A stretch of DNA of 64,000 bases from Octopus sinensis. Lineage: Eukaryota. Positions 52,701 through 64,000 of this stretch are shown here, piece after piece. Made by a program: the position numbers and the translations under genes. Position 1 is the stretch's first letter. The number at the start of each line of letters is the position of its first letter. The DNA is taken from positions 3,782,001-3,846,000 of the forward strand of contig NC_043000.1 of the NCBI RefSeq assembly GCF_006345805.1. The letters are read 5' to 3'. Under the pieces are notes generated by a model. It worked only from the letters and a program-made list of their open reading frames with translations. It was not told where the DNA came from and searched no databases.

Positions 52701-53648
52701 TTAGAATATAGTCCTACAAAATAATGGCGAAAATTATGAATTAAGACTTAACTCAGATGGATAGCCAATTAAATTAGGAATATAGCTAAACATTTCAGCA
52801 CTCCCAACAAGCTGTAGTTAATAGTCATTTTTATCAATTGTAGAGTGATTAAAAGAATGTTTTTTTTTGGCCAAGTAAACTCCTAATTTAAATGGTTTCC
52901 AACCACGACTATTCTGTTCTTTTGTGTATCAGGGACAACAATGTCAAATGTATCCTCCTTATTTCTAGGAAAATAAGGTATGATTTAAAAATTTGACAGC
53001 TATTTCTAGCACTACACAGAAGCTCTGTAATAGTTGATACAAGTGCTTTTGAATCCAGAATGTTGAATGAAGTACACTGTATAATACTCAGCTTAATGAT
53101 CTATCATTTCTGCCAACTTTATCTTTTCAAGTGAAGGCATATATTTCAATTTTTTTTCCCCACCAGACAAACCCAAGGGAGGTAACCATGTGTATCACTA
53201 CACTATACCCTCTACGTCATCACGCAGGCGGCGAGGTGGCAGAATTGTTAGTACGCTGAGCAAAATGCTTAGCGGCATTTTGTTCGTCTTCATGTTCATA
53301 GTTCAGATTCCATGGAGGTCCTTTCATCCTTTGAAATAGATACTTTCGAATATTCGAAAGTCTTCAATGTAGTATTAATTCCATAATGTAGACCATGGAC
53401 ACAAGAGGTGAGGTGATATCACAGGCCGACGAAAGGAGGAAACAGAAATCATATGCACAGGTGTAAGTAAACTGTAAGACCTGTGTAATAGATGCTTTCA
53501 AATGCCTGGATGGCACCTTGGTGATTGAATTCGAAGTGGGGGTAGGAGCTCAAGAAGCAGAACAGCCAAAGTAAAATTTTTGAGGAGCTATTATATCTGC
53601 TTGCAACTAGGACATTGTCTCTTCAAGAAATGGGTAGATTGTTTGATA

Positions 53649-53813
53649 GGAGTGGCTGTGTGGTAAGTAGCTTGCTAACCAACCACATGGTTCCGGGTTC
53701 AGTCCCACTGCGTGGCATCTTGGGCAAGTGTCTTCTGCTGTAGCCCCGGGCCAACCAATGCCTTGTGAGTGGATTTGGTAGACGGAAACTGAAAGAAGCC
53801 TGTCGTATATATG

Positions 53814-53844
<31 letters not shown>

Positions 53845-54052
53845 ATATGTTTGTGCGTCTGTGTTTGTCCCCCTAGCATTGCTTGACAACCGATGCTGGT
53901 GTGTTTACGTCCCTGTCACTTAGAGGTTCGGCAAAAGAGACCGATAGAATAAGTACTGGGCTTACAAAGAATAAGTCCCGGGGTCGATTTGCTCGACTAA
54001 AGGCGGTGCTCCAGCATGGCCGCAGTCAAATGACTGAAACAAGTAAAAGAGT
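53649..54052 (+). mobile_element. SINE family A copy in PSMA5 intron 4
   Basis: Full-length; shares subfamily-diagnostic bases with 49758-50152. Confidence 0.9.
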
Positions 54053-54346
54053 ATAGTCCCCACTGGCTCTTCTAAATCACACTTGGCCTGAACAGCCACC
54101 AGCACCTTTTGTACCAATCAAGATGAAGAGGCTCAATACTCATTACAGATTAATTACTCGGATATGAGTTAATTCCACTGCTGCCACGAAGTACATAGTG
54201 CAATATTGCATGGTAGTGAAACAGGTGTATTGACTGTAAGGGTGTGTGAAGGCTTGAACAAAATGAGGTGAGTATTTTCTGCTGCATGTTGGGATGAATA
54301 AAGAATGGAGTACAAATGAGCTAAGAAAAATTAGATTTATAAGCTA

Positions 54347-54859
54347 CTAGCAGTATCGCCCGGCGTTGCTCGGGTTTGTAAGGGAAATAACTATATAAGC
54401 ACTTTTAGAGAGTTACTTCCCTTATAGATGCCAATTCGGGCTTTCTTAGCCATTTCTGTTTTGGTGTCTTCAAGCCATGAAGTCGTTGTTCTAAAAGAAC
54501 GCTGGTCTCCTTGACAACGCATTACGACGTTGATTTCTTTACACTCCCTTCCCCACAGCTTCACGAGGGAGGGAAGAAGGGGGAGAAGCAAACAGGTGCA
54601 GGTGTGACCATGGACGCCAACTCCGCCGCCATCGACACACGAAAAATTATGCATTAAAATGGAATAAAAAATTATGTTAAATTATTTTTAAAATCGTAGA
54701 CTCATCGTAGACGCGCGCTAATAGCCGGACGGGCTCGATATGAATCACGACTATAAGATACCCGAATTTGGTTAAACTGCACCGCAAAATGTGGGAGTAG
54801 TTAGGAATCTAAATCGAAGGGGACAGACACTCACACAACTACAGTTTTATATATAATGA
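54347..54859 (-). mobile_element. Non-autonomous Helitron in PSMA5 intron 4
   Basis: Same termini and hairpin as 36253-36644, with a different internal segment. Confidence 0.8.
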
Positions 54860-56250
54860 ATAAGATGCAACATAATGAAAGGAGACAGATATATGATGGA
54901 ACTTGAAGATGAAAACAGGAGTTACAGTTGTAGTGACTGATCTCAGGATGTTGAACTTCATTAGGGAAATAACAAAAGGCTGGGCTGCTGTGGTGAAGAC
55001 TTGACCAACACAGGCAAACAGAAAATCTGAATAACATAACTATATAATTATGATAAAAATATCTAAATATTCGTATCACGCCCTAATGCTATGAAAAAAA
55101 GACATATTGAAATAATATAATCTAAGATGGAAATTTAGTGGATAATGTAAAAAAAAAATCATAGCCTGACTACTTTCAATCACAAGTCTGCTTCATTAGA
55201 GCTGACTTAGGGGCTAAAAATCATCAGCAATAAAAATGAATCAGTTCAAAAGATCACAGTATAAAAAGTACTTTGGTAGTTTCTGAAGTGTGAGAAAGAA
55301 TGTTTTGCAATTCCTTGTTGAATAACTGGGCCCTGATGATTTGTTTCATCATCATCATTTAACGTCCGTTCTCCATGCTAGCATGGGTTGGACGGTTCGA
55401 CCGGGGATCTGGGAAGCCAGAAGGCTGCACCAGGCTCCAGTCTTATCTAGCAATGTTTCTACAGCTGGATGCCCTTCCTAACGCCAACCACTCCATGAGT
55501 GTAGTGGGTGCTTTTTACGTGCCACCTGCACAGGTGCCAGGCGAGGCTGGCAACGGCCACGATCGGATTGGTGCATTTTACGTGCCACCGCACGGAAGCC
55601 AGTCGAGGCGGCACTGGCATCGGCCACGATTCGGATAGTGCTTTTTACGTACCACCAGTCCAGGGGTCCTGGCATCTGCCGGGTGCCAGTCATAGGATTG
55701 GTTCAATTTCGATTTCACTTGCCCCAACATGTCTTTGCAAGCAAAGGGGGTTGGCATGGGTGCCTATCGTCGGATGAGGTTCTATATCGACTTTGCTTGC
55801 CTCAACAGGTCTTTGTGTCCAAGGGAGGAAAGGCATGCATAAGTGGGCTGGGCTCACTTGTCCTGCCTGGTCTTCTCATGTACAGCATATTTCCAAAGGT
55901 CTCAGTTGCTGGTCATTTCCTCAGTGAGGCCTAAAGTTCGAAGGTCGTGCTTCACCACGTGATCAAATGTTTGTGGGACATAAGCTTATTCCTTTATTCA
56001 AATCGACGATGTCTGTACAGACGCATGGCACTCCATACGTCAAATGTCAAAATGATTGCAGAGCAACAGGAAATAAAGGGTTTTGCTGAAGAACACAACA
56101 CAACTCACCAACCAGTCTGGGTACTGAACCCACAATCTTGCAGTTGTGAGTGCAACACCCTAACCATTAAACCATGTGCCCTCAATAAAAAGTATATAAC
56201 CACATTATTTATTATTATTACAATTTAGAGAAACAGAGAGAAGTACTTAC

Positions 56251-56358
56251 CATGGCACCTGGATCTGCATCATCATCACCAAATGCCAATGCGAGATTAC
56301 TAACAGCTTGTGTAACGCTCTCAACACTCATCTTCTCGTTATAGGTAAACCAATGGTT
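56251..56358 (-). CDS. PSMA5: PSMA5 coding exon 4 ([36 protein letters not shown]), 108 nt
   Basis: ctttcag| acceptor and ATG|gtaagt donor; alpha-5-specific NHWFTYNE...DPGAM segment. Confidence 0.97.
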
Positions 56359-58023
56359 CTGAAAGACAACACAGGAAATATCAATAGACGAGATTAATCT
56401 GATGAAATGGTCAAGTCTTACTGAAATGATGGCAGTTTAGGATTTGCTGCTGTTGTTTTAACATCCACTTTTCCATGTTTGCATGAGTTAGATGAGATTA
56501 TGTTGAAATTCTGCTGGGACAGAATTTTCTATGCCCCAACATACTCTTTCAGTCATCAGTCCTCACCTGTTTCTAAGGGAGGTGATAATCTAGTCTACTG
56601 AACAACAAACAGCCTGGACATGTTTACATGGAGAATTGGGAACAAATGGTAGCATCACACAGATGAACCTTTCATTTTCAAAGATCATACAACATATCAA
56701 GAAGCTGAACATTCTTTCATGGTGGACTGCAAGAAAGAATAACCAATCATGAACACACACAAATACACATGACATGCTTCTGGTTTCTGCTTATTAGATC
56801 TAATCACAAGGCTTAGGTCAGCCCGAGGTTAAAGTAGAAGACATTTGATTAAGGTGCCATACAGTGAGATTGAACCCAAAACCATATGCTCAGGAAGTGA
56901 ACTGCTTAATAACACAGCCATGCCTGTACCATTATATATATATATATCATAATGTAGGATAAAATTTTTTTCGAAAAAAATCTTATCAATAGCCAGCATA
57001 TTAAAAAATACCTTTACAGGTTAAATTTATAAACAATTCATAAATAAGGGCAAACGAAAAAAATTTCCAATGCCAAATATGCCGAAAAATTGGACATATT
57101 GTCCATTAACCATTAATTTTTTCGTTTGCCCTTATTTATGAATTGTTTACATATATATATAGATACATTGTAAAATTGTAGAGAGCTTTTGATATTTTAT
57201 GTTACAATAGAGTGACTGATCTTCTTGTACTACTAATAGATGATACACTGCAAAATAATTTAGCGGTCATGACCACATATATAGACTACACAGTAAATTA
57301 AACTCAACCTGTCCTAATATGCAAACCAAGCCAGTGCAGCTGCTGCATTTGCAAACACTCATCTTAAAAATCATTCAAAAGAAAGTCATCTTCCAACTGA
57401 TTAGCAAAGATTCACTTGCCAACATACTACAATCTTTAGCTCAGACATGCTGTCTCCACACTGTCTATTCAATCACTGCTGCAACATCTGCACCTCTGAA
57501 CCAGTTAGTTGAATACTGTTTTCATTCAAACCTACTTGACTCTCATTCCCTCATCAACACTGGTGTGTAGCGTCAATCTCACCAACCTTAGAGGGTCTCC
57601 AAGGTTATGGACACTGTCCCCTTCTTGACTAAACCATGCAAGAAGTATTGTATTTTCCAGCACAAAAGTTTAGGTAGTATATAATATAAACATTCAAACA
57701 CTGTCACTATATTCCTAAATCTTGCAGCATTTCACATAGAATTTTTGGTCCTCCAAAGTTTTCTTAGTGAATAAGTAAATCTACCTTTTTTAACTGTAAA
57801 TTTTGGTCAGAAAAATTTGATTTGTATGTCCCAAAATATGGTAGTTAGGGTTGATACACACACACATTTTCCCATCAGATCAAGACTGGAGCCTGGTGCA
57901 GCCATCTAGTTGCCAGCCCTCAGTCAAAACCGTCCAACCCATGCTAGCATGGAAAACGGACGTTAAACGATGGTGATGATGATAAGCATGATAGAAGACG
58001 TTATATTTAAATTCAATATTCAC

Positions 58024-58091
58024 CTGAGCTTCAACTCGCGCTCGGTCAATCATTGTTCGGGAATCTGCAACCAATCCACTCATAGCACAAC
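58024..58091 (-). CDS. PSMA5: PSMA5 coding exon 3 (G-CAMSGLVADSRTMIDRARVEAQ), 68 nt
   Basis: ctttcag| acceptor and CAG|gtgaat donor; the peptide appears in ORF 57880..58104. Confidence 0.97.
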
Positions 58092-58212
58092 CTGAAAGAA
58101 ACAAGAGTTAGTTGGAATAGGTAGTCAGCAGACCAGACTATCTTTATACAATTAATTAAACACAGTAAAGAATTCATTACAATTTACTTGCAAATTTATC
58201 TTTTATACTTAC

Positions 58213-58339
58213 CTATATGTGAATCAACCTCGAGAACTTTCTCTATACTTGAAGCCACAATCAGAGGACAGGTAACCCTCTTTTCGACAGCCAACACAAT
58301 ACCATCGTTGGTTTGGATCCCTATGGCAGTAGAACCAAG
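58213..58339 (-). CDS. PSMA5: PSMA5 coding exon 2 ([43 protein letters not shown]), 127 nt
   Basis: tatag| acceptor and G|gtaagt donor; phase fits exons 1 and 3; matches the alpha-5 GSTAIG...LAVEKR motif. Confidence 0.97.
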
Positions 58340-59324
58340 CTATAAATACAAAATGATAATCCAATGTAAGTTCTAACAAAATCTTTTCCTACTTTTAACA
58401 CTGATAAATGTTAAATAAATATATAAGATTGTCAAGAACTTTTATTTGAAATTGCCGGAAAGCAGATATATTCAAAATTTCATCACTCGTAACTGTGAAA
58501 AGTAGTTTTATACACAAATCTATTTTTTGTTGAGGAATATCATATTTGAAACTGCTTTCTGTTGAGACAGGTCAAATTTTATCAAGGCAAAGAGACTTGC
58601 AGAAAATACCAATTCTATGTTTTAGGTAGATGTTTAACAACATTTATGGAATAATGATGTAATTAAATTTTGCAGTGAAAGAGTTAAAAGAGTAAAAATA
58701 AATAGACAGTCTCAGAAAGATGTCTTTTTCCAAAACACAACAGATGCTAAATAGTTAACAGAAAATAAAATATTTCAGGTAAGCTTGTTGGAAAATTAAA
58801 TCAAATAAAACATAAGTCATACAAAAATGGGTCAAAGCACAATCATATTATGAGTATTAATAAGGGTTAAATTTGGTGAAGATCTCATCATAACTAAATT
58901 TAACGTCTCTTATACATATGCAATAGTCAAATTGGTTTCAAATTTTGGCACAAGGCCAGCAATTTTAGGGAGGAAGTAAGTTGATTAAAACGACCTCAGT
59001 GTTCAATTGATACTTATTTTGTCAACTCAAAAAGGATGAAAGGCAAAGCCAACCCCAGTGGCATTTGAACTCAGAACATAATGTCAGAAGAAATGCTGCT
59101 AAGCATATTTTCTGGTGCAGTAACAATTCACAATACAGTCATATCACTATGCATGTACTTCATCATGTGATTAAGCTATTGTTTCTGACTAAATCTTAAA
59201 CACCAACTATAACTACAATGTCTAATGTGTTCTTAGGATGAAGGTTGACCCGAACAGAAACAGGTTTCCTACAATAATTAAATAAGCTCCTTTAAGTGCT
59301 ATTTCTCTCTCTCTTTGCCAGCTA

Positions 59325-59492
<168 letters not shown>

Positions 59493-59606
59493 TTATTATT
59501 ATACAAGGGACATAACTCTGAGCAAATGAGAAAAAAGAATTTTTCACTAAATTTCGAAACTGATTAGTCACTGCTTTAAACAAACTCTCACGGTATAAGT
59601 TCAGAA

Positions 59607-59838
59607 AGGCGGCGAGCTGGCAGAAACGTTAGCACACCGGGTGAAATGCGTAGCCGTATTTCGTCTGCCGTTACGTTCTGAGTTCAAATTCCGCAGAGGT
59701 CGACTTTGCCTTTCATCCTTACGGGGTCGATTAAATAAGTACCAGTCGTGCACTGGGGTCGATGTAATCGACTTAATCCGTGTGTCTGTCCTTGTTTGTC
59801 CCCTCTGTGTTTAGCCCCTTGTCGGTAGTAAAGAAATA
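59607..59838 (+). mobile_element. tRNA-derived SINE family B (other copies about 10468-10660, 21002-21218, 39396-39505, 63862-64000 and many decayed)
   Basis: GGCGAGCTGGCAGAA head, GAGTTCAAATTCC B-box, shared GACTTTGCCTTTCATCC core. Confidence 0.85.
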
Positions 59839-61749
59839 GGTATAAGTTCAGATATCCATTTAAGAAATTATTATCTTAAAGCTGATTCCAGAAAATGTAT
59901 TTAATACAATGGAAACAAAAACAGATGTTTCTAACATAGGCACAAATTTTGGGGGAGAAGCCAATCACATCAATCTCAGGGCTCGACATCATCATCATGG
60001 GTTGGACGGTTCAACTGGGGTCTGTGAAGCAGGAAGGCCGCATCAGGCCCAGTCTGATCTGGCAGTGTTTCTACAGTATATTATTAATCCTAGTGGGAGG
60101 AAAGATAAAGTTAACCGTAGCAGGATTTGAAATAAGAACATAAAGAACTAGAACAAATAGAAGGCATTCTTGTGATGCTTTAACGATTTTGCCAATCCAT
60201 CCATCTAATTGGAAGCACTAACAATCCTTTCTGCTATAGGTACAAGGCCTGAAATTTTGGGGGAAGTGGCTAGTTGTTAACATTGACACCCCCTTGCTCA
60301 ACTGGTACCTATTTCATAGACCTCCTAAGGATGGAAGGCAATAGCCGACCTCAGCAGAATTTGAACTCAGAATGTAAAGATGGATGAAAAGCTGCTAAGC
60401 ATTTTGCATGGCATTCTAAGAATTCTGCTAATTAGCTCCTATATTGGAAGCACCAATAATGCTTATATGTTAACCAGCTTGTGAATTTGACATTTTGTGG
60501 AAACTGAGGCAAAAGGCAGAAGCTTAAGTATCAGCAGGTTATAGCTTACCCCACAAGGGCTCTTTCTATGATCACATTACTCATGTTTTCTTGTCTTTTA
60601 AGATAGTAGGGAGCAATACAAAAAAAAGATTTAGTTGCTATTTCTTGTCAATTGAGAGTAATGTAGATAACCTCACTAGATTGGGGTTGGTGAATAGAAA
60701 TTGTTGGCTTGGAGTTTGTAGAATAGGTAGGTCAGATTGGATAGCAAAAAGTTAGGTTGCTATACATATCAGCCATTACCAATAAACTTTATAAAAGGAA
60801 AACTCAGGCCATAGTTAATTTTGGGTTAATGAGGGATCTTCTATATGGTTGCTTGACCTTCTCAAAATACCAGCCAAATATTCCTCAAAATCAAAGGACA
60901 TATTAACATTAGAAGGACCAGACCTTTCACCTGCTTCTAAGGACCTGAATGCATCAATTGAGGCAAAGATATTTTTCAATTTGAAAGGAAAAAAGAAAAG
61001 GAGAGGTAGGAAACCATTATTAAATGTATAAATCTTCAGAATTTTATGACTTCATGTGGTTTATTTTTTTTGGCAGGTGGTGCAAACAATCTATAATATA
61101 TAGTATAAAACTATGAAAAATGAAACACCATGATGTCAAAATCTACAATAATTTTTGAATTGTGTGCAATTAACATTTCTAGTGTTAAACAAGGTAATAT
61201 CCTAGTTAGATGATATTCTCCTCAAAAAGTGTGGTTTTGTATCACACTTTTTTTTGAGAATACAAATGATTAATTTAACTGAGTACTTGACTGGTACCTT
61301 ATTTCACCAGTGGTCTTTATGAATGAGCAATATACTCTACAATTCAGGTAAATAATATCACCTGAAGGTTGCAGGTTCAATCCCCACTAAAGGTAACATA
61401 ATGAAAACAGCAGGATAACACACAGGAGTCACAACCTAGCTGAAAAACTTGCCCGAGAAATTCTTTCTCTATTAAGATTTGTCCTGCAGTCTGCTTACCT
61501 CATAGTGAGTATCCACTTATTATTATTGGTCTTGAAGGATGTTAGGTAAAAATCAACTTCAGAATGTCCAGATGAGAGACAGTACTACAAACCCATTCAA
61601 CCACAGTCAATATAAATAGACATAATCAGAGACTATAACTTTGTTCCATGTTTTCCTGGGGTCATGCCCTCTATCGTCAACCAGAATTCATCTATGAAGC
61701 AATTGCCCCAGCTCCCCTTCAGGGTTGGCGAAAGCGATGTGGTGGGCAA

Positions 61750-62640
61750 TGAAAAATCTGGCTGATGACAGTCAAGGCTGATCTGGAACCCAACCTAGGC
61801 CCCCATGTCTACGGCATTCACCACTGGAATGAGTGGTTGGAGATCTCGCGGTCGTTAGCCTCAAATCGCCAAGCCTGGTCGGCATTTGTGAGAGATGCAG
61901 CATTGAGGATGAATGAAGCCAGCTCAACCCACTCTGGGTGAATGCTGTCTTAAGACAAGAAGAAGAAGACTTCCTGGGTCCCCTTTTCCATAGGTTCTGA
62001 GAACATTTAGCACTTCTTTCTACAGTTATCTTCATCCTACACATCACATGACTATACAAGCATTGTTTTCTCTCTTGCACACCCGATTCCTCTTATGCCC
62101 AATTCTTCTTTTATATTTGCACATCGTTGTACACGAACACTGACATTTGCACATCCATTGGGGCATGCTAGTTTCATTTCTTTCTAGTCTTTGCATGTGT
62201 TCTATATGCATGACACATCTCATTATCATGTAACGCAGTTGTTCATACAAAGCAATTATCTTGAAGCAACCACTCTAGGTTGTTAATGCTCTTTGTTTAA
62301 GACCCAAACTTCTGTGATGGAGCTGAAACATATCACCAATATTCTCATACCAAATAGCAAAACCTAGGCTTGTGGTGGGACGCTTAAGTTTTAGTTAGCA
62401 GGAAAGAAGACCATGCTAAGTGGCCATGCTAATTATGCAGAAAAAGAGTAGACAGTACTTCTATATGGTATACCCATCGTAAACAATGGATGCACAAGAA
62501 ATGCAGCAGAATCACAGGCAAATTGACAAAGAATCTTATATGAAGTAGATGTACAAGAGTAACTGCAGCATGGTAAAATAAATGAAACCATTCAAGTGCT
62601 TTGAAGACTTTCTAGATGTAGTGGATACCTTCTCTTAAAT
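61750..62640 (-). mobile_element. Degenerate RTE LINE fragment upstream of the PSMA5 coding region
   Basis: MQRLERNETSM homologous to ORF 12927..13445; decayed RT sequence upstream. Confidence 0.6.
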
Positions 62641-64000
62641 AGGTGACCAAATTCGCAGTGAAGGAGGGTGTTCTGAAAGTAGCCAGAGTAGGAAAAAGGT
62701 TGGGAAATGTTTGGGAAGTTATTTTCAGTGTTTGAAATAATGGATTTACTTTTTACATCAAGTGTAGATTATAAGATCCTTGTGTACAAATTGTGATGTT
62801 GCAAAATATGGGCACTGAATATGGAAGATGTACGAAGGCTGAAAAAAAAAAAAGAGAGGCAAGCATGCCCTAACGGATATATAATGTTAGTGTGTGTACA
62901 AAAGATGGAGCGCAAATTAGCTGAGAGAAAAACTTGGTAAAAGAGATACTGTTTGCAAAATACAAGACTGAGCTGTACCTACATGTGATGTAAACAGAGG
63001 CTGACTGTTAGGTAAGGAAGTGTCAAAACAATCCAAATAGGAAGAACCTAAGGAAGAGGAACACAAGGGAAAAAATGGGAAGAGGCGGCGAAAGCTGATT
63101 ACATCAATTACAACAGGTAGAGAAAGATTATGCTTTAGAAGTCCCGTCCAACCTATAGAACTATAGAATGGATGTAAGATGATGATGATGATGATGAAGA
63201 TAATAAGTGCAGTCATACATGAAACCATTTGAAATCGCTGAACATTTTGTAACACTGGACAGGTGTGTGAAAAACAAACTCTTGAAATTCAATATAGTCG
63301 ACTGACTGAAAAACTTCTGTATGCTAATTTAGAGTTCGATTTCTATCACACCTCGTTGAAATTAGTTATAAGTTTTACACTGACTTAAAAAAATAAAATG
63401 TTTAAAAAATGCTAAGCATGAGTTTGCAGAAATCGCTGACTGTCCAAGTGAAGAAACGAAGTTGCGGTTTCGCCTCCGAATCAAACTTGATCGAACAGGG
63501 CCCACGATGAAAGGTATTTCAGGCGTAATAAATCCATTATTCTTCAAGTATGTGAGACTAGATGCCCCATTTGAGACGATAGGTGGTGATTTGAGGAAGA
63601 CTTGGCTGATATTTCTAGCAGGTCGAGCAACTACTTAGAGGCTCGCTGGCTCGTATAATATATTCTGAGATAAGATTTGGACCTTCAACACAAATGATGA
63701 CCATTACAAGTTAGTTTCAGTTGTATACTAAATTATTGTTCACCACATCAAAGCATCGCGTATTTTTAATTCAATGAAATCATATCTTCCGAAGATGAGA
63801 CATAATTTCCCTCAAACATCAATGTCCACATCATAAAAGACTCGACAAAAAGCTGCTGATCAAAACATATATATGTTTCTTTATTACCCACAAGGAGCTA
63901 AGCACAGAGAGGACAAACAAGGACAGACAAACGGATTAAGTCGATTATATCTACCCCAGTGCGTAACTGGTACTTAATTTATCGACCCCGAAAGGATGAA

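Noticed and set aside
53342-53361. Perfect 20-bp palindrome ACTTTCGAATATTCGAAAGT
   Set aside because: Isolated; only two heat-shock-element units in correct spacing, and no other supporting structure.
8447-53889. Many similar short ORFs (YSRRHLPKVPHSGT..., FQSFDCGHAGA..., GAFYVPPA...)
   Set aside because: They are translations of SINE bodies and RTE 3' UTRs, not a gene family.
7606-56405. Isolated CTGANGA matches (7606, 10998, 25585, 26941, 36188, 47792, 56399)
   Set aside because: No correctly placed GAAA/UH with supporting stems; expected by chance.
63362-63547. 61-aa minus-strand ORF and overlapping plus-strand frames
   Set aside because: Short, non-ATG or unrecognisable; treated as probable promoter/UTR sequence.

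Overview
AT-rich, repeat-dense eukaryotic genomic DNA. The SINE/RTE repertoire and the TA/CA/GATA/CAT microsatellites resemble an octopus (coleoid cephalopod) genome; this is inferred from recalled repeat families, not from a search. One gene could be reconstructed completely by hand: PSMA5 (20S proteasome alpha-5) on the minus strand, with 8 coding exons (59459 to 46361), all GT-AG introns, 741 nt / 246 aa. The rest is mostly mobile DNA: four tRNA-derived SINE families, RTE- and CR1-type LINE relics, non-autonomous Helitrons, and Merlin-, hAT-, piggyBac- and Tc1/mariner-like MITEs. The most interesting signal is a set of type I hammerhead ribozyme motifs. Four copies have the complete CUGANGA/GAAA/UH core (19905-19993 minus, 20118-20206 plus, 40103-40155 plus, 40658-40740 plus), and there are several decayed relics. 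They sit in short non-coding cassettes lodged in (TA)n tracts, often with an inverted duplication (including a perfect 183-bp inverted repeat) and an AATAAA just downstream. This matches the architecture of Penelope-like-element pseudo-LTRs/retrozymes. A possible second, unidentified minus-strand gene is suggested only by isolated exon-like segments. No CRISPR array, rRNA or genuine tRNA gene is supported.
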